The notes below the pieces were generated by a model, which was not told the origin of the DNA, made no database searches, and worked only from the letters and a program-made list of their open reading frames with translations. Shown one piece after another: positions 48,088-58,240 of a stretch of 64,000 nucleotides of DNA. Positions within the stretch are counted from its first letter, which is position 1, and the number at the start of each line of letters is the position of its first letter. A program made the translations under genes and the position numbers. The DNA comes from Nanobdellota archaeon (GTDB lineage: Archaea > Nanobdellota > Nanobdellia > Pacearchaeales > GW2011-AR1). Location of the stretch: positions 119,797-183,796 of the forward strand of contig JAJZAH010000001.1 in the NCBI GenBank assembly GCA_021799535.1, written 5' to 3'.

Positions 48088-49157
48088 AAGTTTATTTGCA
48101 ATACCCTTGGAAGTTTCCCGACTCACCGTATTATAAATCCTTGATAGAAAATCCTCCGGATGATGTTGAATTTGAAAACACTTCAAATCAAAAAGGGGTT
48201 ATCACAAATAAAAAATTTTTTTGGATTTCTAATTTTTTGAAAAGAAACATAAGGAGGTTCGCAAATACTTTCAGGCTCACAACCCCTAACGCTCATCTTA
48301 CTCATCCAGGAAATTATGATTTAATCCATTGTGCTCATTGTCTTTCAAAAAATTCCGATAAACCATGGATTGCCGACATAGAAAGCCCATGGCAGCTTTA
48401 TATCGGGAAAAAGACCATATCTGCTAAGAAGAAAGTCGAAGAAATATTGTCTCATAAAAATTGCGAGAAAATTCTTCCTTGGACTCAAGCAACTCTGGAC
48501 GAACTTGTTGGTGATTTTCCGAAGCTGGCAGATAAAATGGAAGTTTTGTATCCTGCAATACCCGAGAAAAAGTTTAATAAAAGAAAGAAAAAAGAAATTA
48601 ATCTTATCTTTTCCGGGAGATATTTTTTTCATAAAGGCGGACTTCATGCCCTTGAAGCTATTGATGAGCTTACAAAGAAATATAAGCATGTTTATGGGAT
48701 AATCAACTCTGAGGTGCCTACTGAAATAATAAAAAAATATTCTAATAATAAAAAGCTCAAGTTTTATCCGCTTATGCCTCAGGAAAAATTATTTGATCTT
48801 TATTCCCAATCTGATATAATGATATATCCCGGATATTCAGACAGTTTCGGATTCGCATATCTTGAAGCAATGAGCTTTGGGATACCCGTCGTGACTGTTG
48901 ATGGTTATGCAAGAAAAGAAATCATTGAAGATGGGAAGACGGGGTTTATAATTCAAAGGAAGTCCAATTTAAATCCTAACCAATCTGATGAGGAAATTTC
49001 AAGGCAGATATCAGAAAAAACTTCTTTGCTTATAAAAAACGGGAAATTCATGAATGCAATGTCTAAAAATTGCCTGAAAGAAATAAAAAGCGGAAAGTTC
49101 TCTATAAAAGTGAGGAACGAAAAGCTGAAGAAAATTTATATGGGGGCTATAAAATGA
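48084..49157 (+). CDS. Glycosyltransferase, GT4 (group 1) family
   Basis: EAMSFGIPVVTVDGYARKEIIEDGKTGFI is the GT-B C-terminal E-x7-E region. Confidence 0.6.
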   Translation: MKVYLQYPWKFPDSPYYKSLIENPPDDVEFENTSNQKGVITNKKFFWISNFLKRNIRRFANTFRLTTPNAHLTHPGNYDLIHCAHCLSKNSDKPWIADIESPWQLYIGKKTISAKKKVEEILSHKNCEKILPWTQATLDELVGDFPKLADKMEVLYPAIPEKKFNKRKKKEINLIFSGRYFFHKGGLHALEAIDELTKKYKHVYGIINSEVPTEIIKKYSNNKKLKFYPLMPQEKLFDLYSQSDIMIYPGYSDSFGFAYLEAMSFGIPVVTVDGYARKEIIEDGKTGFIIQRKSNLNPNQSDEEISRQISEKTSLLIKNGKFMNAMSKNCLKEIKSGKFSIKVRNEKLKKIYMGAIK

Positions 49158-50026
49158 AAATTTCAATTATTTCAACTGTAAAAAATGAAGGAAAAACTAT
49201 AAATAAACTTTTGAAGTCGCTTTCAAATCAGTCTGTTTATCCCTCTGAATTTATCTTTGTAAACGATTCTTCAAAAGATGATACAAAAATAAAAATTCAG
49301 AGATATAAAAAAAAGTTAAGGAATTTAAAGATAATTGATGTTTCAACATCAAGTATTTCTTGTAATAGAAATATTGGCGTAAAAAACTCTAAGGGAGATT
49401 GGATTATCTCAATAGATGGGGGGTGCTATATTGGAAAAGATTACGTTAAAGATTTAATCTCTTGTTTTAATAAAAATCCAGATAAAATCTTATTTGGCGC
49501 TCTTACAAGAATTCCCTATAAAAGTTCATTTGAACATTGTTATTCTATCTTGATAGAACGGAAATTAACAAAAGGCTATTTACCCAAAGGACATGCACTC
49601 TTTTTTAAAAAAGAGCTTTGGGAAAATCTTAAAGGATTTAATGAAAAATTAAAAACGGCAGAGGATACAGATTTTGTAATAAGAGCAAAAAACAAGGGTT
49701 ATCCGTTAGTAATATGTGGCAAAGCAGTAGTGTTTTGGAAACCAAGAGGAAATTTGAAAGAAGTTTTCTCCCAATTTTATAGATATGGCATGGGGGATAG
49801 AAACGCTTTTGGAATAAAAAATCTCCCTTTAAAATCAAAGTTGAACCTTATTATTACTCTTCTTTTTCCATTGTCTTTAGTCCATGCTTTAATGATCTCT
49901 TTTAAGAATCTCTATAAACTTAAATCTATCTTTTCATTAGGAACAATTTTTTTGATAGATCTAACAAAAATATTCTCTTATTCTATAGGGGTATTATCTT
50001 CCAAATTAATAAATAAAAATTTATAA
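49154..50026 (+). CDS. Glycosyltransferase, GT2 family
   Basis: Start moved to MKISIISTVKNEG, because the track start at 49070 overlaps the upstream gene. GT-A N-terminal pattern with a DxD-like ISIDGG, and C-terminal TM helices. Confidence 0.5.
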   Translation: MKISIISTVKNEGKTINKLLKSLSNQSVYPSEFIFVNDSSKDDTKIKIQRYKKKLRNLKIIDVSTSSISCNRNIGVKNSKGDWIISIDGGCYIGKDYVKDLISCFNKNPDKILFGALTRIPYKSSFEHCYSILIERKLTKGYLPKGHALFFKKELWENLKGFNEKLKTAEDTDFVIRAKNKGYPLVICGKAVVFWKPRGNLKEVFSQFYRYGMGDRNAFGIKNLPLKSKLNLIITLLFPLSLVHALMISFKNLYKLKSIFSLGTIFLIDLTKIFSYSIGVLSSKLINKNL

Positions 50027-50036
50027 ACTAGTTTTT

Positions 50037-51302
50037 GTGAATAGATTGATGAATGAAATAAAAAAAATCGAAAAATGTAGGAGTTGTGGCTCCGAACAGT
50101 TAGTTCAAATAATTAGCTTTGGAAATCAATATGTAACAAATTTCGTGGATAAAGATAATTCTGGGCAGGTAAAATGCCCTCTTGACCTTATGATCTGTGA
50201 AAAGTGTAAACTCGTTCAATTAAGGCATAATGCTCCTCCAGAGTCTATGTGGGATGAACAGTATTGGTATAAATCAGGAATAAGCTCAACAATAAGGGAA
50301 GATTTAAGGAATATTGTTGAGTCTTCTAAAAAACTCATTGCTCTTCGGAAAGGTGATCTTGTTGTAGACATTGGATGCAATGACGGAACGCTTTTAAGTT
50401 TCTATGAAAATAACCCTTTGAACCTTGTAGGTTTTGAACCTTCAAAGAACGTAGCAGACGATGCAAGAGCAAAAGGATTTAAAGTAATAAATAATTTTTT
50501 TAACTACTTTGATTACAGAAAAAATTTTGGTGAAAAAAAAGCAAAGATAATCACTGCAATTTCAATGTTCTATGATTTAGAGGATCCAAATAAATTCATG
50601 AAGGATATTGTTTCTTTGTTAGATGAACAGGGCCTCTTTGTAATTCAGCAGAATTATCTTTTAACTATGTTGTCAAATAATGCTTTTGATAATGTCTGCC
50701 ATGAGCATAGAGAATATTATTCCATCCTTTCCTTAAAGAATCTTTTAGACAAATTTGGACTAGAAATCTTTGATATAAAACAGAACGAGATTAATGGAGG
50801 AAGCATAAGAACTTACATAAAATTCAAAAATAATAAGAGTTTAAAAGGATTTCAGGGAAGTGCAGAGAGATTAATTGAGATAGAAAAAAAAGAGAAAGAT
50901 GTAGGTCTTGACACGCTCAAACCTTATCTCGATTTTGCTTCACGTATAGGGAAAATAAAAGAGGATCTTTTAGAATTCATAAAAAAGGAGAAGGGAGCCG
51001 GGAAAAAAATATGTGCTTATGGCGCTTCAACAAGGGGTAATGTCATTTTGCAGTATTTTGGTTTGAATGAAACTTTAATCTCATACATTGCCGATAAAAA
51101 TTCGGACAAATGGGGAAAAAAAACTGTGGGTAGTTTGATTAAAATAATCTCTCCAGAAGAATTGAGGAAGATGAATCCGGATTATATTCTTGTAATGGTC
51201 TGGCACTTTTTTGATGAAATAAAACTTCAAGAAAAAGAATACTTTGACAAGGGGGGGAAATTCATTGTCCCTCTACCGGAATTTAAAATCATTCAGAATT
51301 AA
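50037..51302 (+). CDS. SAM-dependent sugar C-methyltransferase-like protein (Zn-ribbon N-terminus plus class I MTase)
   Basis: N-terminal CRSCGS...CEKC zinc ribbon, then VVDIGCNDGTLL (MTase motif I). The architecture matches the NDP-hexose C-methyltransferase family. Confidence 0.5.
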   Translation: MNRLMNEIKKIEKCRSCGSEQLVQIISFGNQYVTNFVDKDNSGQVKCPLDLMICEKCKLVQLRHNAPPESMWDEQYWYKSGISSTIREDLRNIVESSKKLIALRKGDLVVDIGCNDGTLLSFYENNPLNLVGFEPSKNVADDARAKGFKVINNFFNYFDYRKNFGEKKAKIITAISMFYDLEDPNKFMKDIVSLLDEQGLFVIQQNYLLTMLSNNAFDNVCHEHREYYSILSLKNLLDKFGLEIFDIKQNEINGGSIRTYIKFKNNKSLKGFQGSAERLIEIEKKEKDVGLDTLKPYLDFASRIGKIKEDLLEFIKKEKGAGKKICAYGASTRGNVILQYFGLNETLISYIADKNSDKWGKKTVGSLIKIISPEELRKMNPDYILVMVWHFFDEIKLQEKEYFDKGGKFIVPLPEFKIIQN

Positions 51303-52155
51303 TCTGCTTTTTTATTAATTTTACAGCCTGTTTGATAGAAGTGGTTTTTAGTCCCAAGAAGCCGATTTTGGAGATATTTAATGTTGAGTTTTCGGGTATT
51401 TTAACTAAATTTTTTTTGTTTGTTTCTTTAATTAATGTTTTGTTCCTGATAATCTTCTCCAAAATTTTCATAAAATCTATCATCAAAACTTTATCCGGTC
51501 CAGCTACATGAAAAATTCCGCTTTTATTTTTTATTAAAGTGAGTATAATCCCAGGAATATCATCAACAAGCACGGGTTGCCTAATTTGCTTGGAATTGTT
51601 AATCTCAATTACCTCATTCTTTAAAATTTTTTGGAACACTCCGTTTGGCTTTTTTAATCCGTTGAATCCATACATCAAGTCTACACGAATAACAATACCT
51701 TTCTTTAATTTGATTATTTCATTCTCAGCCATAACTTTAGTCTTTCCATACTCATTCAGGGGGTTAGGTGTATCCTCTTCGGAATAATTGCCTTTCAACC
51801 CATCAAAAACATAAGATGAGGATATGAACACAAGAGGGATATCCATCTTGCATGCACATGCCGCAATATTTTTTGCAGTTTGATAATTTAAAGCCAAAGC
51901 CCTTTTTGGATCTTTTTCGCATTCAACTGAACTTGTAAGTCCAATTGTGTTTATTATGAAGTCTGGTTTTTCATCATTTAAAAATTGAGAAACTTCTTTA
52001 AAATCGGTAGCATCTGTCTTGGATTTTAAATCTCCATTTAGATCCCCCCCGCAAATCTTGTGACCTTTTTTTTCAAATTTTTCTTTTAATTTTGTGCCAA
52101 GAAATCCGGAAACCCCAAAAATCGCTATTTTCATTTTTTTTGGTGTTCTTTCCAA
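51289..52155 (-). CDS. NAD(P)-dependent sugar reductase/epimerase (RmlD-like dTDP-4-dehydrorhamnose reductase family)
   Basis: MKIAIFGVSGFLG Rossmann motif. 288 aa. Confidence 0.5.
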   Translation of the reverse strand: MERTPKKMKIAIFGVSGFLGTKLKEKFEKKGHKICGGDLNGDLKSKTDATDFKEVSQFLNDEKPDFIINTIGLTSSVECEKDPKRALALNYQTAKNIAACACKMDIPLVFISSSYVFDGLKGNYSEEDTPNPLNEYGKTKVMAENEIIKLKKGIVIRVDLMYGFNGLKKPNGVFQKILKNEVIEINNSKQIRQPVLVDDIPGIILTLIKNKSGIFHVAGPDKVLMIDFMKILEKIIRNKTLIKETNKKNLVKIPENSTLNISKIGFLGLKTTSIKQAVKLIKKQINSE

Positions 52156-53108
52156 TACTGGATGGTCCTCTTTAGTCCTTCATCCACAGGAACAGTTTGT
52201 TTCCACCCCAGAACTTTTTCTGCTTTTGACGGGTCCAAAACCAGATAAGGCTGGTCAGAAGAAATTGGCCTGTAAGGATACTCTGGGGGGTATTTGCCAA
52301 AATGGATTTTCTTCTCTGAAAAGTCAAGCATTTTTGCAATTTTGAGTGTCCAATCTTTATTTGAATAACCTTTTCCTCCTGCAATATTAAAGGCGTTTCC
52401 TTGAGCATTTTTTGTTTTCATTGCGAGGAGATACGAATTAACATGATCATCCACATACATATAATCCCTTATGGAATCAGGTGCTCCAACATAAATGTCT
52501 TTTCCATTCAACATTTGTGTAATTAAATATTCCGTAAAAAATCCGGAGTCATACTTTCTTCCGAAGGTATTTGAATTCCTTAATATAACCCCATTAAAAT
52601 TATACACTTTGAAAAGCATTCTCATGTAAAGGTCCATCGCTGCCTTGGCAACTGCATAAGGGCTCGATGGTTCTAATTTCAAGTCTTCTTTAAACGGGTT
52701 TTCATTTTGTATCCCATAAACTTCTGCCGTTGAAGCAACAATAAGCCTTACTTTTTCAGGCCCATATAATTCCATTAGTGATTCTGCGATATTAACCGTT
52801 CCTAAATAATTCGAAAACTGGAATTCCATGGGGTGTTCAAAGCTGAGTCTTACAGGTGAAAGCGCCCCAAGGTGCATTACTACATCGGGATTTATCTTCT
52901 TTAGTGAATTTCTTACGGAGGCATAATCCTTAAAATCGCATGTGACAATTTTTACCTTATCCCTTATATCTTCTATTGACTTGAAATCTCTTCCAATCAC
53001 ATGCCTTACGAGGCCATAAACTTCGTAGCCTTCTTGGACAAGCCTGTGAGCCAACTCAGATCCTATAAATCCGGTTATGCCTGTTATCAGCACTTTCATA
53101 TCCTCCAA
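52131..53108 (-). CDS. NAD-dependent nucleotide-sugar epimerase/dehydratase (extended SDR)
   Basis: VLITGITGFIGSEL and YAVAKAAMD (YxxxK). Confidence 0.65.
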   Translation of the reverse strand: MEDMKVLITGITGFIGSELAHRLVQEGYEVYGLVRHVIGRDFKSIEDIRDKVKIVTCDFKDYASVRNSLKKINPDVVMHLGALSPVRLSFEHPMEFQFSNYLGTVNIAESLMELYGPEKVRLIVASTAEVYGIQNENPFKEDLKLEPSSPYAVAKAAMDLYMRMLFKVYNFNGVILRNSNTFGRKYDSGFFTEYLITQMLNGKDIYVGAPDSIRDYMYVDDHVNSYLLAMKTKNAQGNAFNIAGGKGYSNKDWTLKIAKMLDFSEKKIHFGKYPPEYPYRPISSDQPYLVLDPSKAEKVLGWKQTVPVDEGLKRTIQYWKEHQKK

Positions 53109-53149
53109 AAAGGGAGAATATTTATAAATATGTCGTCTTTGAAAAAAGT

Positions 53150-53860
53150 ATGATTTTAAAAACTGCGGTAGTCATTGCCGGAGGGAAAGGTACAAGGTTA
53201 GAAGAGAAATCATTGGAAATTCCAAAACCACTCATTCCCGTTTATGGTGTTCCTTTATTGGAAAGGATTCTTAAATGGCTTAAGAAAAATGGTATTGAAA
53301 AGGTGGTAATAGGTGTTGCTTACAAAAAGGAGATGGTAAAAAATTATTTTGGTGATGGATCTAAGTTGGGATTAAAAATTATTTATACTGAGCATGATGA
53401 AAATGGTGGAACCGAAGATGCTTTCAAAGCTGCGATTGAAAAATCAGGCATAACTGATGAAAATTTCTATGCTATGAACGGAGATCAGATAACGGATCTA
53501 CATCTTGAAGGACTGACTAATTATCATTTACAAAGAGGCTCTATTGCGACTATTGTTTCAATAAAATTAAGAACGAATTACGGAATAATTAAAGTTGATA
53601 ATAATGGAAAGATAATGGAATTTCAGGAGAAGCATGAAGTTCCCGGGGTTTTGATGAATTCTGGGATTTACATTTTAAATCACAAAATAAAGGATTACCT
53701 TTCCGGGGGAAACATTGAAGAGAATGCTTTTAGGAAACTGATCAAGGATAATCTAATCTCAAGTTTTTATTATGACGGTATGTGGTTTACAGTTAATGAC
53801 AAAAAGCAACTAAAGCAAGCTGAAGAAATATTTAAGGAGTATAATAATCTTCTTGAATGA
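53150..53860 (+). CDS. Sugar-phosphate nucleotidyltransferase
   Basis: AVVIAGGKGTRLEE is the G-x-G-T-R-L signature. Confidence 0.65.
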   Translation: MILKTAVVIAGGKGTRLEEKSLEIPKPLIPVYGVPLLERILKWLKKNGIEKVVIGVAYKKEMVKNYFGDGSKLGLKIIYTEHDENGGTEDAFKAAIEKSGITDENFYAMNGDQITDLHLEGLTNYHLQRGSIATIVSIKLRTNYGIIKVDNNGKIMEFQEKHEVPGVLMNSGIYILNHKIKDYLSGGNIEENAFRKLIKDNLISSFYYDGMWFTVNDKKQLKQAEEIFKEYNNLLE

Positions 53861-53862
53861 GC

Positions 53863-55038
53863 CTAACTTGTGGATGCTGCTTTTTTAAACAACATTTCTG
53901 CTTCGTCAGATATCTTTTTCCAATTAAAAAATTCTTTTGCTCTCTTCAAGGAATTCTTAGACAGCTTCTCCCTCAATCTTTTGTTTTTTATCAATTTTTC
54001 CATCTTTTGTGAAATATCTTTCACATTTCCGGGGGTTGCTAAAAGTCCGCAGTTACCTACTGTATCGGGGGATGCATCTTTATTGGATGCTACAATAGGC
54101 AATCCCGCAGCCATTGCTTCCAAATAAACAATCCCAAAATGGTTTCCTAAAATGGGAGTATGGACAAAGATGTCTGCGGCATTATAATATTCAATTAGAT
54201 CATCTCCGAACACATTTAATATAAAAAATTTATTTTCCAAATTAAGCCGCTTTATCAGGCTATTCAATCTTGTCTTTTCTTCACCGTCTCCACAGATAAT
54301 GAATCTTGCATTTGGTGATTCCTCGGAGACCTTTTTTGATGCTTTTACAAAGCTAGTGAGATCTTTTGATTTAACTAATCTTGCAACATTTAAGATAATT
54401 GTATTTCTGAATCCGTATTTTTTTCTTATTTTCATTACTTTTCTTTTATCTGGATTTTGAAATTTATGCTGATCTACCCCAATTGTGATAAGTTTAGGTT
54501 CAAAATTATGTACTTCTTTGCATTTTTCTTTTATAAATTCAGATATTGCAAAAACAAACTTTACTTTTTTTGCGCCTTCTGCTTCTATATAATCATATCC
54601 CTCTAGCGATTCAACATAAGGTATCTTTATTAATTTATTCAAAAATTTCATAGATAGGGTGTCTGTATATTTGCTTGTCCAAACAACATCAAATTTCTTG
54701 TGATTAAAAGCAATCCATAATCCGGATTTAATTATCCACTCAGTATTGCTAAATATTCTTAATATTCTTGTTAAGGTAAGATGGTTAGTCGTCTTCTTTG
54801 AGACTCCTCCTGATATTTGCTTGAACTTATTTGATCTATTTGCCTTAAGGGAGAATAAATACTTGACCTTACATAGTTTATTTGATCTTATAGACTCTAA
54901 GGGGTCTTTTTCGCCTTTTTCCGTTAAAAAAATTACCTCATTGCCATTTTTCATAAGCAATTTTGATAATTCTCGTATATGGTTTTCGGTCCCTCCATAA
55001 AAATATCCCACTTCTCTGTGGTTTACCAGGATTCTCAT
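53863..55038 (-). CDS. Glycosyltransferase, GT4 family
   Basis: EAMAAGLPIVASNKDASPDTVGNCGLL. Confidence 0.6.
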   Translation of the reverse strand: MRILVNHREVGYFYGGTENHIRELSKLLMKNGNEVIFLTEKGEKDPLESIRSNKLCKVKYLFSLKANRSNKFKQISGGVSKKTTNHLTLTRILRIFSNTEWIIKSGLWIAFNHKKFDVVWTSKYTDTLSMKFLNKLIKIPYVESLEGYDYIEAEGAKKVKFVFAISEFIKEKCKEVHNFEPKLITIGVDQHKFQNPDKRKVMKIRKKYGFRNTIILNVARLVKSKDLTSFVKASKKVSEESPNARFIICGDGEEKTRLNSLIKRLNLENKFFILNVFGDDLIEYYNAADIFVHTPILGNHFGIVYLEAMAAGLPIVASNKDASPDTVGNCGLLATPGNVKDISQKMEKLIKNKRLREKLSKNSLKRAKEFFNWKKISDEAEMLFKKAASTS

Positions 55039-55110
55039 TGATAAAGGAAAATTATATTCTTTAAAGAATTATGTATTCATTTAATCTTTCACATTTTCTC
55101 TGAAATTATC

Positions 55111-56262
55111 TTATTTTAATATTTTTTCATATAATTCTTTGTGTTTTTTTCCGACCAATGAGATATCATTTAATTTTTTAAATCTCCTAGCTTCACTTTC
55201 CATAAATTTGTGCTGTTTCAATGCTTCTTTTATCACTTTTGGATAATCTTCAACTTTTTTTGCAATTTTAATGCATCCGTAATCTCTTGCAATTTCTGAA
55301 AAATAGTCCAAATTAGAGCTTACTACTGGTTTTTCAGATCCCATTGCGTCGACAAAAATTCCGCTGGTTGTTGTTACACGATAAGGCAAGAGGATCAAGT
55401 TTGCAGCTGAGAAGTATTTCCACCATGTTGGGGATCTTGAATTGATATCTTCTTTTAAATCAAACTTTACAATTTTCTGCAAACCTTCCTGTTTAACATA
55501 CTCTTGCAGTTCTTCAATGTATCCTTTTTTTGAACCTCCGAATCCACCGACAATCATAATTGTCTTTCCAATATTTTTTGCTTGTTTTAAAATTAAATCG
55601 AACCCCTTATTTAATCCCATCGTTCCGATCATTAAGTAAACTTTTCCTTTTAGATTGAGCTCTTTTTTAGATTCAGATTTATTAAAATAAGGGGTGTCAA
55701 GTTTGGCCCCATGAGGAATAATGACAATCTTGCTTTTTTTTACACTGGAATTTTCCACCAAGCTTTCCTTTAAAAATGGTGCATGGACGATGATCTTCTC
55801 TGCGAAGAGGTTTGTAAAAATATAATTCAATGGATATGTGATCCTTCTTTTGAGAAAATTTAAAAAAGGATATGAAGAAAACAGGGGTTCATTCTTGGTA
55901 TGTACTGTATGCATTGTGATTATGATCTTTCCCCTGCTAAAAATTTTTAGTAGAGTTATAAAAGGCATAAACCAAACACCATCGACAACACCAAATAATC
56001 TATTCTCATGTTGTATATGGATTATATTATAATCTCTTAATTTTGGGATGATCTTCAGAAAAGAAGAGAATTTTCTGTTTTTATATGTAACAAGATCAAT
56101 TTGTATTTTTTGTCTCTTAATTGATTCAACCAAATCTTTTGAGTATATTGAAATTCCCTTTTCATAACTCTCATCTGGAGCTAACATTGCGACCTTCATG
56201 AATGTTGGAGTAAACTTATATTTATAAAGTGAACCATAATTATTTTTTAATGAATATCTCAT
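55111..56262 (-). CDS. Glycosyltransferase, GT4-like
   Basis: GT-B architecture, 383 aa, C-terminal nucleotide-binding half. Confidence 0.5.
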   Translation of the reverse strand: MRYSLKNNYGSLYKYKFTPTFMKVAMLAPDESYEKGISIYSKDLVESIKRQKIQIDLVTYKNRKFSSFLKIIPKLRDYNIIHIQHENRLFGVVDGVWFMPFITLLKIFSRGKIIITMHTVHTKNEPLFSSYPFLNFLKRRITYPLNYIFTNLFAEKIIVHAPFLKESLVENSSVKKSKIVIIPHGAKLDTPYFNKSESKKELNLKGKVYLMIGTMGLNKGFDLILKQAKNIGKTIMIVGGFGGSKKGYIEELQEYVKQEGLQKIVKFDLKEDINSRSPTWWKYFSAANLILLPYRVTTTSGIFVDAMGSEKPVVSSNLDYFSEIARDYGCIKIAKKVEDYPKVIKEALKQHKFMESEARRFKKLNDISLVGKKHKELYEKILK

Positions 56263-57068
56263 TATATAATGTTGCAGAAAGAGGTAAGTTGGTGAGAACG
56301 CTGGTTCATGAAGCTTATACTTTAAAAGACAAAATTACGATATTGAGCTATTATATGAGAATCGATCTCTTTTTGATTAATCGTCTAAGGAGGAAAAGCC
56401 CGTCCCCAATTCTGAAATCAAATGTTACAATCAAAAATAAGTATGGCATTTTCTTTTGTGGAAACAATAAATATTCTGTCTTTGGATTTAGTTCTCTTAA
56501 TGAGTCAAGTATCAGGGGAAGGCCCTGGATACAGGAGGGTCTTGCAATTGATATTGGAGCTAATGGGGGTATGCATACAGTTCCCTTGGCAAGAGCATTG
56601 AAAAATCGGGGAGAGGTTATTTCCATAGAGCCAGAACCAAAGAATTTTTCCATTTTGAAAAAAAACATTCTTCTGAACAAATTAAAAAACGTCATTCCTC
56701 TTAATTTAGCTTGTTCAGATTCCGAAGGAGAATCCACATTTTATTTGGATCGATCTGGGGACGGGGGGCACTCTTTAATCAAAGAGACTCCAATAAAAAA
56801 GAGTGGGGAGATTAAAGTCAAAACAGATAGATTAGATAATATTATTAAAATTTTGAATATAAAAAGAGTAGATTTAATTAAAATAGACGTAGAAGGAGCT
56901 GAATCCTTGGTCTTAAAGGGGGCAAAAAAAACTTTAAGAAAATTTCACCCCAAAATAATTTTTGAGGCATGGGATGAAGATTATCTTAACAAATCCAGGA
57001 AAGTCCTAGAACCTCTGGGATATAAAATAAAGAAAGTTTCCGATGAAAATTATCTTGCGGAAGTATAA
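56229..57068 (+). CDS. FkbM-family methyltransferase
   Basis: DIGANGGMHTVPLA and NVIPLNLACSDSEGESTFYL. The true start is probably an internal Met. Confidence 0.5.
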   Translation: MNHNYFLMNISLYNVAERGKLVRTLVHEAYTLKDKITILSYYMRIDLFLINRLRRKSPSPILKSNVTIKNKYGIFFCGNNKYSVFGFSSLNESSIRGRPWIQEGLAIDIGANGGMHTVPLARALKNRGEVISIEPEPKNFSILKKNILLNKLKNVIPLNLACSDSEGESTFYLDRSGDGGHSLIKETPIKKSGEIKVKTDRLDNIIKILNIKRVDLIKIDVEGAESLVLKGAKKTLRKFHPKIIFEAWDEDYLNKSRKVLEPLGYKIKKVSDENYLAEV

Positions 57069-57141
57069 AAGAGATCCCTTTCAAATGCATAATCTTTAAA
57101 AAGAAATCTTTATTTCTACTTTTATCGGGTGGACACAAAAA

Positions 57142-58239
57142 ATGGCACATTTTTATGAATCTGTTTTAATAGATACTATTGATGGTTTTCAATGTAAATC
57201 TTATTCAAATGAGCATCCTGATGGATATATAATTGTGAAGCCCAAATATATTCCTGGAGGAATGTTAAAAGGCGAGGGCTTAAAATATCGTTTTTTATTT
57301 GAAAAATGCTTAATAAGGTTCAATTTGTTTGCACAAAAAGATAAACTAAAGGATTATGTCAGTCAGTTCAGAAAAAAATTCCCAGATTATATATATGAAG
57401 ATAAAAATTCCAAAAACTGGTTTTTTGTTGTTCCGAAAGATAAGATAAAAGAGGTTCATGACCCAAGAAAAGGGCTCAGGGAATTAATGAAAGTCCCTGA
57501 AAGGGACTTGGACTCTTATTTAAAAAATGTGAGAGAATTGATAGATTTTTTAGAAAAAAGCGGGGTGAAGTCCGAATCTATGGGCATAACGCACTCAACT
57601 TTACTTGGGAATTATACGCCTGGTAAATCGGATATAGATATAATTATTTATGGGAAGAATAATGGCTGGAAAATACTTAATTACCTGAAAACAGCAGAAC
57701 ATGAAAAGCTTCATTGGAAGACTGATGAAGAATGGACGGAGTATTATAAGGAGCATAAGACATCAGAGTCATCACATTTTACACAAGAGGAGTATGTAAA
57801 ACATATGAGAAGGAAAAGGTACGAAGGAATGTTTGGAGGCAATGTATTTACCCTTTTCACAGTAGAAGAACCAGATGAAACTTGGTTTAAATGGGGAGAA
57901 GAAAAATATGAACCTCTTGGAACGGTTACAATAAAGGGCAAGGTTACTGATCATTACAATAGCCATGTGAGGCCTGGTTTTTACGAAATAAATAATGCAG
58001 AGATACTAAAAACGGAAGGAATAATCCCAACTGATCCTTCAATTGAAATAAAAAAGATAGTTACCTTTTCTATTCCTTTTGTTCAGCAGGCGATTAAAGG
58101 AGAAGAAATAAGTGCATGTGGGCTTCTTGAACTCGTAACTCCCAGGGTCGGAAAGAAATATTATCGTGTCGTCGTAGGTTATTTTGATGCTTACCTTAAT
58201 GAAAGGAGGGAAAAAGAATTCATAAAAGCTTTAATTTAA
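57142..58239 (+). CDS. Pol-beta-superfamily nucleotidyltransferase-fold protein (LicD/fukutin-like candidate), paralog 1
   Basis: GITHSTLLGNYTPGKSDIDIIIYG matches hG[GS]-x9-13-DhDh. Conserved N-terminal YSNEHPDGYIIVKPKYIP and C-terminal YYRVVVGYF blocks are shared with the next gene. Confidence 0.4.
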   Translation: MAHFYESVLIDTIDGFQCKSYSNEHPDGYIIVKPKYIPGGMLKGEGLKYRFLFEKCLIRFNLFAQKDKLKDYVSQFRKKFPDYIYEDKNSKNWFFVVPKDKIKEVHDPRKGLRELMKVPERDLDSYLKNVRELIDFLEKSGVKSESMGITHSTLLGNYTPGKSDIDIIIYGKNNGWKILNYLKTAEHEKLHWKTDEEWTEYYKEHKTSESSHFTQEEYVKHMRRKRYEGMFGGNVFTLFTVEEPDETWFKWGEEKYEPLGTVTIKGKVTDHYNSHVRPGFYEINNAEILKTEGIIPTDPSIEIKKIVTFSIPFVQQAIKGEEISACGLLELVTPRVGKKYYRVVVGYFDAYLNERREKEFIKALI

Positions 58240-58240
58240 G